64,000 nucleotides of DNA from a virus. Taxonomy: Duplodnaviria > Caudoviricetes. The notes beneath the pieces are model-generated. The model was not told the DNA's origin, did no database searches, and saw only the letters and a program-made list of their open reading frames with translations. The position numbers and the translations under genes are program-made. Numbering within the stretch: the first letter of the stretch is position 1; every line of letters starts with the position of its first letter. This document shows, in pieces, positions 16,975 to 24,891 of this stretch. Where the stretch lies: positions 64,001 through 128,000 of the IMG/VR virus record IMGVR_UViG_3300027734_003164; one strand, given 5' to 3'.

Positions 16975-17523
16975 TTAAACTCGTTTTGAATATGATACAA
17001 TTTGGTAAAAATCCTTTTTTCCTTCACAATATTCTAACACCAAAGTTAATAATGTTTTGAACATGTAAGCGTCTTTTGTTTGTTTTTCGCAGATGGTAAA
17101 TAACTCAATAAAACTCACAAGGGTGTCCATCTTATAATACCCATGATTGTCTAAAACATCGAACTCATATAAATGTTTTTTGTAAAAATTAAGTTCGTAA
17201 CTATTTCTTTCTTCTGTGTTGTTGAATGGTTCCGTTGTTTCATACAAAGATAATACTTTTTTTACAAACTTACCAACAATCACTTTATTATATTCACATT
17301 TTACTAAAAGGTCAGTAATCCAGTGCGTATGACTTGGTGTTCTTAAACGTTTGTTAGTTTCTTTGTATTTTACAATAAAGTCAAGTTCAGGATTTTCACC
17401 TCTTGAACCTTGGTATGTCGCAACCATAGTTCCGTCTACCATTGTATACGTAGAAATTGGTGAAAAGGTTACACCTTTTTTAGTATAAGTTAGGGTCATA
17501 ATTTTATTTTTTTTATAAATCAA
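16975..17523 (-). CDS. hypothetical protein coupled to the EcoRI-like gene
   Basis: 11-nt overlap with the endonuclease stop; FIVKYKETNKRLRTPSHTHWITDLLVK motif. Confidence 0.75.
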   Translation of the reverse strand: MIYKKNKIMTLTYTKKGVTFSPISTYTMVDGTMVATYQGSRGENPELDFIVKYKETNKRLRTPSHTHWITDLLVKCEYNKVIVGKFVKKVLSLYETTEPFNNTEERNSYELNFYKKHLYEFDVLDNHGYYKMDTLVSFIELFTICEKQTKDAYMFKTLLTLVLEYCEGKKDFYQIVSYSKRV

Positions 17524-18331
17524 TACTTAATATTTCAAGGGAAGTTTTTGAAACTTCTAACATAATATCCAACATTTCAATATTGTTCCACTTATCACCA
17601 TTTCCTTTTGTGTAAATAGATGCGCTTTGTAAAACACGTAATACCGTACCATTTTTAGTTATGGATTTGTTTTTACACAAATTAGTATTTATTGGCATTC
17701 CATAATTTAAAGCAGTCAACCTATCCAATCTGTTTAATGTACCAGAGTTTGATGATAGAGTTACGTCTCTACCATCAGGTCTTGTTATGGAAATTGTTTC
17801 TGTCAAAAAATTTGAACCTTCTAAAAACAAAATATATGGAAAATGTGATTCAGAAATCATTAAGTTACGAGTTTCAATTATATTTTTTGGAGCTCTTTCA
17901 ATTGCGTTTCCAGCCACCATTAAGTCTTGATTGGATAATTTACCAACTAAAACCCCCTTTTTTATATTTTCAATATCCTTTCCTTGAAACTTTGCTTCCG
18001 TAATTAAAACTATCCTCCAATCACCATTTTTATCTTTTACTTCAATTATTCCACCGTCTGGTTTAATACATGACTTAGACACAAAAAGGGTTTGACCTAA
18101 TTCGGAGTCCATTTTTTTTAAAGAGTCATTTATTTCTTTTTTAGATACGCTTTTTCTATATCTAAAAGTAAGATGGGGGTATTCCTCTTTTATTTTTTTT
18201 AATACGTGAGTTGTAGTATTATCAACACTCGATTCGTGGATTTTTGCATCATCTCCAAAAATACCATCAACACCTTGAGTCTTTTTATGTTGGTCCGTTA
18301 ATCTTTTTGATTGTTTATTTTTGATGGTCAT
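17513..18331 (-). CDS. type II restriction endonuclease, EcoRI family
   Basis: Colinear with EcoRI as recalled: QGVDGIFGD, IKPDGG (D91), TEAK (E111/K113), GNAIER (N141/E144/R145), HFPYILFLEGSNF, LNRLDRL (R200/R203), NYGMPIN. Confidence 0.93.
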   Translation of the reverse strand: MTIKNKQSKRLTDQHKKTQGVDGIFGDDAKIHESSVDNTTTHVLKKIKEEYPHLTFRYRKSVSKKEINDSLKKMDSELGQTLFVSKSCIKPDGGIIEVKDKNGDWRIVLITEAKFQGKDIENIKKGVLVGKLSNQDLMVAGNAIERAPKNIIETRNLMISESHFPYILFLEGSNFLTETISITRPDGRDVTLSSNSGTLNRLDRLTALNYGMPINTNLCKNKSITKNGTVLRVLQSASIYTKGNGDKWNNIEMLDIMLEVSKTSLEILSIDL

Positions 18332-18362
18332 ATTTTTATGATTTAAATATATCCTTAGAATA

Positions 18363-18392
18363 CAAATATATAAAAAAGTTAATTACTACAAA
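18363..18392 (-). promoter_or_regulatory. Bacteroidota-type promoter upstream of the EcoRI-like gene
   Basis: -7 TATATTTG (18363-18370) and -33 TTTG (18389-18392), 18-nt spacing. Confidence 0.55.
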
Positions 18393-20758
18393 ACTTTTGA
18401 CACATTATTTTCTTTTTTAATTTTTACAATACTGTCCGACCATTGCGAAACTAAGGGAGAATGTGTTATGACAAAAATCTTGTCAAAATATTCTTTAATT
18501 TTGATGAAAAACTCGGCAACCATTTCTAAATTATCATTACTTATTTTACCAAACACCTCATCGAAGACAATTATGTTGGGCTTAGGGGTACTAGCCACCT
18601 TACTTAGTACTGAACGTAGAGCCAATGAAGCGATTGTTTTTTCATATCCTGAACCTGAAACCATCAATTTTTCAATACCAGTACTATTATCAATCATAAC
18701 AAATTCCACCTCATTTTTATCGTTGATTCTAATCTCCAATTTGAAGTATGAACTATCCTCCATCAATCTTTGAAGTTCTGAATTGATTAGTGGCATCATG
18801 GTCTTCATAATCATTTTTGATATTCCATTTTTACCAAACAACTCCAAGTAAATTTTAAAGTTCTTTTCTTTTTCCTCTTCTTTTTTGATTTGTTCAATTA
18901 GTTTAAGGTTATTTTCAATTTTTTCTTGGTTGTTAGTATTACCCACCTCAAGTGTTGTGATTTCAGATTTCTTTGATGTTTTTTGTGTTTCAAGTTCATC
19001 AAGTCTCATATCCGCTTTAATCAACATCGTTTCAATTTGTTGATTGTCTTTAATCTTATCCTGTATCTCAAAATATCTTTTAAGTTTTGAATTAAAACTT
19101 TCAATTTTCAAATCACAACTTTCAACTGATAATTCGTATTTTTCCTTGATAAGTTTGTTTTTTTCATATTCATCAAACTCTTTTTTAAGTTGTACAAATG
19201 ATTGTTCTTTGTTGGATAAATCATTCATAAGTGTCGTTTTTGTGTTTTTTTGCACAATAAGCCCATCTAATTCTGCAATTTTTGAATTGGTGATTGCGGC
19301 ATTCATTAACTCAATCCCACAATGTTCACATTTAATACCACCTTCAACTGAAGACTTCAATTTGTTAATTGAAGAAATTTCCGTGTCAATTTGAACAATC
19401 TCTTTATAAACACTATTATATTGTTCTTTAACTTCATCATGTTTATCTTCATGATAAAACTCACTTGGTTCGACAACTTTAAGTTCATTTATTTTTGATA
19501 TGAATGTGCTTTTTTCGTAGTTGATTGTGTTGATTTCTTCTTGTGTTTTTTCAGGATTCAATACAGAGATTTCTTGGTCAATATCAGAATGTTTTTTCTT
19601 TAACATATCATCCCGATAATCTTTTCCTTTTTTAATTTTCTCCTCAATATCTTTCAACTCAATTTTAACTTCTTCAATTTTTTTCAAATTAGTAGAAATT
19701 GTATTTTTCAACTCTTCGTTGTTGTCTTTAAGTTGTTGTGAAGAATATACATTTGACATCTTTGATTTTGAAAAATCTCCATATACTTCTTTTGCAACTT
19801 CTTCTTTTCTTTTTAAGAACTCCAATCCCATAAATCTTGACAATACCTGACCACGAGCAGTTGGTTTTGCTTCCAACAATTCTTCAAGGTTTGATGCTGT
19901 TGTAAGAATGGTCATTAAAAAGTCTTCTTTTGTGCCAATAGAAGTTTTAATAAACGCTTCAGTTTCACGTCTTTGTTCACCGGTAAAGTTTTGTAAACTA
20001 CCATCAGATAATTTTTTAAAGAAGTCCAATTCTGTTTTTACGTTCCATTCACCTTTCTTGGACAACTTTCTTTCAATGTTTCTAACAATAATGTAATCTT
20101 CACCATCGATTGATACTTCACCTTTTACATAAACTTTATCTTTATTTGTAAATCGGTTGAATATTTCTTCAGCCTTTGTTGTTTTGGTTGTTTCATTAAA
20201 AAACAAGAACATCAAAAGGTCTACCGATAAAACCGTTTTACCTCCAAAGTTTGGTGGGTCCGATTCGACAACAACAATACCATTAAGTTTTTCAAAATCT
20301 AATCTTTGATTTTCACCATAAGATAAAAAGTTTGAAAACTCAATGTTTTTGATATACCACTTTTTAAATTGTGTGGTTTCTTCGTGTTTTTCTAAAATCT
20401 TATTTTCAACTATTTTATTAATTGAAAGGATTTCATCGGTATGACCTGTAAGACCTTTACCTTCCAAATATTGTCTCATCAGCCCCAACTGGTAGTTCGC
20501 ATCAGTTATATTTACTGACACATCTATCGTTTGAACTTCATCTGTGTTTGTAATTTTAGCCTTTGTTAAAACATTGACGTTGGTAGTGTTATACTTTTTG
20601 GAAAAGTAATGTTTAACACTTTTAATTTTGTCTTGTGTAAAATTTTCAGGCAAATCTTCCCAAACAACTTGTATGGTCGGGTTTATAAACTTTGAAAAAT
20701 CAAGGTCTTTAATCATAATATTGTAATTAAATTTTTTTGGTGGATTAAATAAATCCAT
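18386..20758 (-). CDS. SbcC/Rad50/gp46-like ATPase with ~130-aa N-terminal extension
   Basis: IKNIEFSNFLSYG, Walker A PNFGGKT, coiled coil with CEHC zinc hook, degenerate signature SGSGYE, Walker B IVFDEVFG, ITH. Confidence 0.9.
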   Translation of the reverse strand: MDLFNPPKKFNYNIMIKDLDFSKFINPTIQVVWEDLPENFTQDKIKSVKHYFSKKYNTTNVNVLTKAKITNTDEVQTIDVSVNITDANYQLGLMRQYLEGKGLTGHTDEILSINKIVENKILEKHEETTQFKKWYIKNIEFSNFLSYGENQRLDFEKLNGIVVVESDPPNFGGKTVLSVDLLMFLFFNETTKTTKAEEIFNRFTNKDKVYVKGEVSIDGEDYIIVRNIERKLSKKGEWNVKTELDFFKKLSDGSLQNFTGEQRRETEAFIKTSIGTKEDFLMTILTTASNLEELLEAKPTARGQVLSRFMGLEFLKRKEEVAKEVYGDFSKSKMSNVYSSQQLKDNNEELKNTISTNLKKIEEVKIELKDIEEKIKKGKDYRDDMLKKKHSDIDQEISVLNPEKTQEEINTINYEKSTFISKINELKVVEPSEFYHEDKHDEVKEQYNSVYKEIVQIDTEISSINKLKSSVEGGIKCEHCGIELMNAAITNSKIAELDGLIVQKNTKTTLMNDLSNKEQSFVQLKKEFDEYEKNKLIKEKYELSVESCDLKIESFNSKLKRYFEIQDKIKDNQQIETMLIKADMRLDELETQKTSKKSEITTLEVGNTNNQEKIENNLKLIEQIKKEEEKEKNFKIYLELFGKNGISKMIMKTMMPLINSELQRLMEDSSYFKLEIRINDKNEVEFVMIDNSTGIEKLMVSGSGYEKTIASLALRSVLSKVASTPKPNIIVFDEVFGKISNDNLEMVAEFFIKIKEYFDKIFVITHSPLVSQWSDSIVKIKKENNVSKVL

Positions 20759-20763
20759 AGTGA

Positions 20764-21051
20764 TTAATCGTTTTCACCAACATTGTGAAAACCTGCAATT
20801 TGCACTTTTGTTCCGTCTTCTAATATTGTGTCATAATTGGGTGTTTCCGTAGTATCATTATCTGTACCTTCAGAAACAACATCTTCAATATTTTCAGTGT
20901 CTCCTGACATTTGTGCAAACTTTTCTTTCAATTCTTCCATTTGTTTTTGAAACGCCTCATTCCATTTCTTTCTAAGAGTATATTCTTCTTGTTTAACTTT
21001 TTTGTTTCTCTTTTGAACTTTTGCTCTATGTGCTTTTGCCGCTTTACCCAT
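20764..21051 (-). CDS. hypothetical protein (basic N-terminus, acidic C-terminus)
   Basis: Clean ORF. Confidence 0.7.
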   Translation of the reverse strand: MGKAAKAHRAKVQKRNKKVKQEEYTLRKKWNEAFQKQMEELKEKFAQMSGDTENIEDVVSEGTDNDTTETPNYDTILEDGTKVQIAGFHNVGEND

Positions 21052-21062
21052 TTTTATTTAAT

Positions 21063-21413
21063 TTAAAATTTATTACTTGGTCTGTTTTGTTCGTACCATT
21101 CGATTACCGAATTGATTGCCCAAACTGCACCTGATGACAAAACACCATCAAAGAACCATGAGCCCCAAATCGGTGTATTAAACATATCATTTGTTGGTGA
21201 ATAAATCAACAAGGATAATACGAACCCAGCCCATGTTGAAAAACACATTGGGCAAGATAATATCCCTGAAATAAACTCACCTAAAAAATGAAGTGGCATG
21301 AATTTATTTTCACCCCAATTTTTAAAAAAGTTTCTTAAACCCTGAAATATGGACCCATAAACCATAATGTTCATTAATCCATAACTTAAAATAAACCATA
21401 CTAAAATTTCCAT
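21063..21413 (-). CDS. membrane protein with CxxC (DUF1360-like)
   Basis: GILSCPMCFSTWAG between hydrophobic helices. Confidence 0.6.
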   Translation of the reverse strand: MEILVWFILSYGLMNIMVYGSIFQGLRNFFKNWGENKFMPLHFLGEFISGILSCPMCFSTWAGFVLSLLIYSPTNDMFNTPIWGSWFFDGVLSSGAVWAINSVIEWYEQNRPSNKF

Positions 21414-21423
21414 ATATTTTTTT

Positions 21424-22209
21424 TTAACCGTTTAAATTGGAGCTTCCGTGAAATTTTGCGTTGATGAACGAATTATTTTTTGGTTGCTCTAATATTTTTT
21501 TTTCTAATTCTTTGTTTTTATTTTTTAAATCCCTTATTTCTGAATTTAAATTTTGGATGGTTTGTTGTAACATCTTCAACTTACCATCATCTACAGAAAT
21601 GTCTAAATTACGTCTAAGTTCGTCTAACTCTTCATCCTTTTTAGACATTTCATTTTGGAAAATATTTTCCATTTCTTTTGTTTTAATTGAAAATTCTTGT
21701 CTAATATTGTCAATTTCTGTGGTCTTAATCGAAATTTCTCCGTTCAACTGTTGTATTTTTAACAACAGTTCATCCAACTGTTCGGAATTTCTTGACAGTT
21801 CGATTTCCAACTGTTGTATTTTTAACAACAGTTCATTTTCAGTTGTTTTGTCACTAATATATTCTATTTTTGTGACAATTTTTTCAACCTCTTTAATAAC
21901 CTCAACAGGTATTTCTTTAATAACCTCAACTATTTTTTCAACCTCTTTGATTACTTCAACAGGAACTTCCACCAGTTTTTCAACAATTATCTCTTTTATT
22001 AATTGTTTTTCTTCAACTCCAACCGTTTTTAAGTCTTTTTCACCTTCATTAAGTGTTTTTCCCAAAAACCCATATTTTTTAATATCAAATCCTTGTTTAA
22101 AACATAGATAAATAAAATTATCAACGTCTTTTATTTCTTTAGATTCGCAAAATGCAGACACTGCCTGCATCATTTCTTTACTAAATATTTTGGAGTCTTT
22201 CTGTTCCAT
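21424..22209 (-). CDS. coiled-coil protein with VEVIKEV repeats
   Basis: Repeated VEVIKEVEKI units, then a long heptad region. Confidence 0.75.
   Translation of the reverse strand: MEQKDSKIFSKEMMQAVSAFCESKEIKDVDNFIYLCFKQGFDIKKYGFLGKTLNEGEKDLKTVGVEEKQLIKEIIVEKLVEVPVEVIKEVEKIVEVIKEIPVEVIKEVEKIVTKIEYISDKTTENELLLKIQQLEIELSRNSEQLDELLLKIQQLNGEISIKTTEIDNIRQEFSIKTKEMENIFQNEMSKKDEELDELRRNLDISVDDGKLKMLQQTIQNLNSEIRDLKNKNKELEKKILEQPKNNSFINAKFHGSSNLNG
21745..21836. repeat. two identical 29-bp palindromic direct repeats, 34-bp spacer, in frame
   Basis: CAACTGTTGTATTTTTAACAACAGTTCAT at 21745 and 21808; internal inverted repeat AACTGTTGT/ACAACAGTT. Confidence 0.85.
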
Positions 22210-22840
22210 TTATTTTATTTCTTTTTTCTAAATTTTCATACCACCATAATGGTTGTAGATTGGTAAAATGACAAAGTTTATAAATTTCTTCTTCTGTTTT
22301 AGCTGATATTAATGGTATAATATGGTCTATGTGCCAACCATTTAATCCATAATTTTCCCAACACATACCATCTTTAAATTGTTTTTCTATATGTTCTTTT
22401 AATTTTTTAGGTTCACACCCAACAATTTTAAAAGTTTCGTTATCTTGTCTTATATTTTTACTTTTTAAAAAATTTTTTACCCTACTCCGAACATTACACC
22501 TTATTTTAAATTCAATGTCATTTTTTTTTCTATTTTTTGTGTAATTATTTATTTTTTCTTTGTTATTATCTCTGTATTTTTTTGCACGTTTTTTTTGTTC
22601 CTCTTTAGTTCTATCTCTATATTTTTTTTTAGTTTCTTTATGTTTTTCAACATTTCTAAAATAAGTTTCTCTATTCCAACTATTAGTTTTTTCTTTATTT
22701 ATCTTTCGGTAATTATTTACCCTATTTCTAGTGCAATTTTTGCACTCATTTCTTAAACCGTCTTTTGAATCGGACCTTGAGTGGAAGTCGTTTATAACTT
22801 TTTCAGTATGACAAATATTACAAATTTTTGTATTTTTCAT
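22181..22840 (-). CDS. HNH homing endonuclease with N-terminal Cys zinc finger
   Basis: CNIC...ECKNC; WHIDHIIPL...LCHFTNLQPLWWYENLEKRNK. Confidence 0.88.
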   Translation of the reverse strand: MKNTKICNICHTEKVINDFHSRSDSKDGLRNECKNCTRNRVNNYRKINKEKTNSWNRETYFRNVEKHKETKKKYRDRTKEEQKKRAKKYRDNNKEKINNYTKNRKKNDIEFKIRCNVRSRVKNFLKSKNIRQDNETFKIVGCEPKKLKEHIEKQFKDGMCWENYGLNGWHIDHIIPLISAKTEEEIYKLCHFTNLQPLWWYENLEKRNKINGTERLQNI

Positions 22841-22979
22841 CTTTATAATCTTTAAGTAATTTATTAACTAAAGAAGATAAATTGATGTGTAATGTTCGAT
22901 AAAATTTTAATAATTCTGGTTCAAGAGCAACAGAAACTTTGGTCTTTTTATCTTCATCTTTTATTTTTAATCTTCCCAT
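22818..22979 (-). CDS. small ribbon-helix-helix-like protein (53 aa, not in ORF track)
   Basis: Hand translation MGRLKIKDEDKKTKVSVALEPELLKFYRTLHINLSSLVNKLLKDYKDEKYKNL; overlaps the HNH start. Confidence 0.65.
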   Translation of the reverse strand: MGRLKIKDEDKKTKVSVALEPELLKFYRTLHINLSSLVNKLLKDYKDEKYKNL

Positions 22980-23024
22980 ATATTATAAATATCTTAATCT
23001 ATCAAAAAGTGTGAATAATATTAA

Positions 23025-23804
23025 TTAAATATTAATTAATTTTTCTGTTCCATTTTCTACGTCTTCAAAGGACTTGATTGAAAATTTTAACAGTGGTCTT
23101 GGATTGAACAAATCAACATATTTATATTCTTTAGTTTGAACGTCATAAATACCGTATCCGTGTTTTCCTATACTTTCCCCTACATTCTGCTGAATTGTAG
23201 ACCCAATCATATAACCCTTTCCCGTATTGAATTTAAACTCTTGTCTTTTATGAATATCTCCACATAAGACGGTTTCAAGTCCATCAAACTTTTCAACATC
23301 GTATGCCTCTTCACCAAAGTCAAAACCAAGGTCTGTTTTCATTCCTTGAATTGGTCCGTGAAACAATCCAATTCTTTTACCCTTCGCTTCTGTAATGTCA
23401 GGTGGTATATTTCCCTGTAGTTGCGAATAAACACACCAACTAATGTTTTCATCTTCATATACACCTCTATCTTTGAGGTATAAAATATTTTCATTATGTA
23501 AGGTATTTACAATAGGTGTAATGGAATCTAGCCTGTCTTGATTGTTTAAATTTGTATCATGGTTTCCAAGTATAATAATTGTTTTTGAAATATTAGAACA
23601 TTCAGTCAATAACCATCTAACCATCTCAATAAGTTCAGGTGTCATTTGGTTTTTAGAATGAACTAAGTCTCCAGTGAATACAATCCTATCTGGGTTTAAT
23701 TCTTTCCATTGTTCAATGGCAGTTTCCAAAATTGATTTATACAAATCGTGGTCTTTGAAAAGACGGATGTGTAAGTCAGAAAAATGTATTAACTTTTTAA
23801 TCAT
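23025..23804 (-). CDS. SbcD/Mre11/gp47-like metallophosphoesterase nuclease (short)
   Basis: SDLH, FTGD, LGNHD, LFHG, CGDIH motifs; YMIGSTIQQNVGE. Confidence 0.9.
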   Translation of the reverse strand: MIKKLIHFSDLHIRLFKDHDLYKSILETAIEQWKELNPDRIVFTGDLVHSKNQMTPELIEMVRWLLTECSNISKTIIILGNHDTNLNNQDRLDSITPIVNTLHNENILYLKDRGVYEDENISWCVYSQLQGNIPPDITEAKGKRIGLFHGPIQGMKTDLGFDFGEEAYDVEKFDGLETVLCGDIHKRQEFKFNTGKGYMIGSTIQQNVGESIGKHGYGIYDVQTKEYKYVDLFNPRPLLKFSIKSFEDVENGTEKLINI

Positions 23805-23980
23805 TTTTTAAATCTATCAAATGGTTCTTTTTTAAAAAAGTATCCTGAGATATCTAAATAACGAAGTAACTCTATGTCTCCTTCAACCGTAGTTGTACCT
23901 TTTACTGATTTTAATAATGTAATTTTGTATCCAAAACGGTTAGCCAACCATTTAATGAATAATGCGGGGTATCTTTTCAT
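23801..23980 (-). CDS. hypothetical protein (59 aa, not in ORF track)
   Basis: MKRYPALFIKWLANRFGYKITLLK...; its TGA overlaps the ATG of the nuclease (ATGA). Confidence 0.6.
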   Translation of the reverse strand: MKRYPALFIKWLANRFGYKITLLKSVKGTTTVEGDIELLRYLDISGYFFKKEPFDRFKK

Positions 23981-23983
23981 AAT

Positions 23984-24178
23984 TTAATTGTTAGGTTTAA
24001 CCGTTATTGTATATTTTCTAGTATAACTTGAATCTTCGTTTTTTACTAATACACCTAACACAGGATTAAATGCGTCGGGGTCAAACATAATCGGTGTAAC
24101 AACAACATCTAAGTTGGAGTTTTCTAATGCAATTTTTACTTGTTGAGTAATTGCCATCTCATTAATTTCTGTTTTCAT
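23984..24178 (-). CDS. hypothetical protein (64 aa)
   Basis: Tightly packed ORF. Confidence 0.65.
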   Translation of the reverse strand: MKTEINEMAITQQVKIALENSNLDVVVTPIMFDPDAFNPVLGVLVKNEDSSYTRKYTITVKPNN

Positions 24179-24182
24179 AATT

Positions 24183-24425
24183 TTAATCGTTTAATTGTGT
24201 TTTATCTCCGCAATATACTTCGAATGGTGGTTGGTATGGGTCGTTTTGAATTGGAAAAGGATTCACCGGTATTGGTATTCTAAATGGTTCAGAAATATCA
24301 ATCTTGCTACTTTCTTTCACCAAATCCATCTTTTCCACAATTGGTGCAATATCAATGTTCTTATCTTCTAATTTTCCATGAAGGTAACCTTGTAACCAAA
24401 TATAAAATTCTTTATAACTTAACAT
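24183..24425 (-). CDS. hypothetical protein (80 aa)
   Basis: EFYIWLQGY N-terminus; tightly packed. Confidence 0.7.
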   Translation of the reverse strand: MLSYKEFYIWLQGYLHGKLEDKNIDIAPIVEKMDLVKESSKIDISEPFRIPIPVNPFPIQNDPYQPPFEVYCGDKTQLND

Positions 24426-24550
24426 AATTCTCTACAATAAAGATTAATTAAAATAGCCCTTGCCAACTTAAATTCTTTTACTCTATTAAGTTTTAAACCA
24501 TAAAGATTTGCAATACTTTTCAAATGTGGAAAAGCTTCCGTAATTGTCAT
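24419..24550 (-). CDS. hypothetical protein (43 aa, not in ORF track)
   Basis: MTITEAFPHLKSIANLYGLKLNRVKEFKLARAILINLYCRELC; overlaps the next start. Confidence 0.55.
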   Translation of the reverse strand: MTITEAFPHLKSIANLYGLKLNRVKEFKLARAILINLYCRELC

Positions 24551-24564
24551 TTTACTTACTTCCA

Positions 24565-24783
24565 TTACTTGTCAAATAGTTGTAAATCTTTATTCACATT
24601 ACCACAATCATTACACATGTAAGTAGGGAATGGTACAATAGTGTCTTCGTGACTACCTGTCAAAAGTTTTGGTACTTTTTTTAACATAGTCACTTCTTTA
24701 AAATAAATTGATTCACATTTTTCACATTTAATAGTTTCTTGTTGTCTTAAATCAATTTTTGGTCTAATAATATCGTCGCTCAT
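24565..24783 (-). CDS. small zinc-ribbon protein
   Basis: CEKC...CNDC pairs. Confidence 0.75.
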   Translation of the reverse strand: MSDDIIRPKIDLRQQETIKCEKCESIYFKEVTMLKKVPKLLTGSHEDTIVPFPTYMCNDCGNVNKDLQLFDK

Positions 24784-24869
24784 TTTATTATATAATTTAT
24801 GTTTATTTTAATTGTTGAATTGTCCCAACTGGTATTTATGTACCAAACAGGTGTAATTGTAGTTTCCAT
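24780..24869 (-). CDS. 29-aa peptide (not in ORF track)
   Basis: METTITPVWYINTSWDNSTIKININYIIK; stop overlaps the next ATG (ATGA). Confidence 0.45.
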   Translation of the reverse strand: METTITPVWYINTSWDNSTIKININYIIK

Positions 24870-24891
24870 AGTGAAATATAGTTTATTAGTT

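Noticed and set aside
21745-21836. Mini CRISPR array
   Set aside because: Only two repeats, in frame within a coiled-coil gene, no leader and no cas operon. Kept only as a low-interest repeat finding.
21461-22111. 216-aa plus-strand ORF
   Set aside because: Fully antisense to the coiled-coil gene; F/S/I-rich composition typical of a reverse frame.
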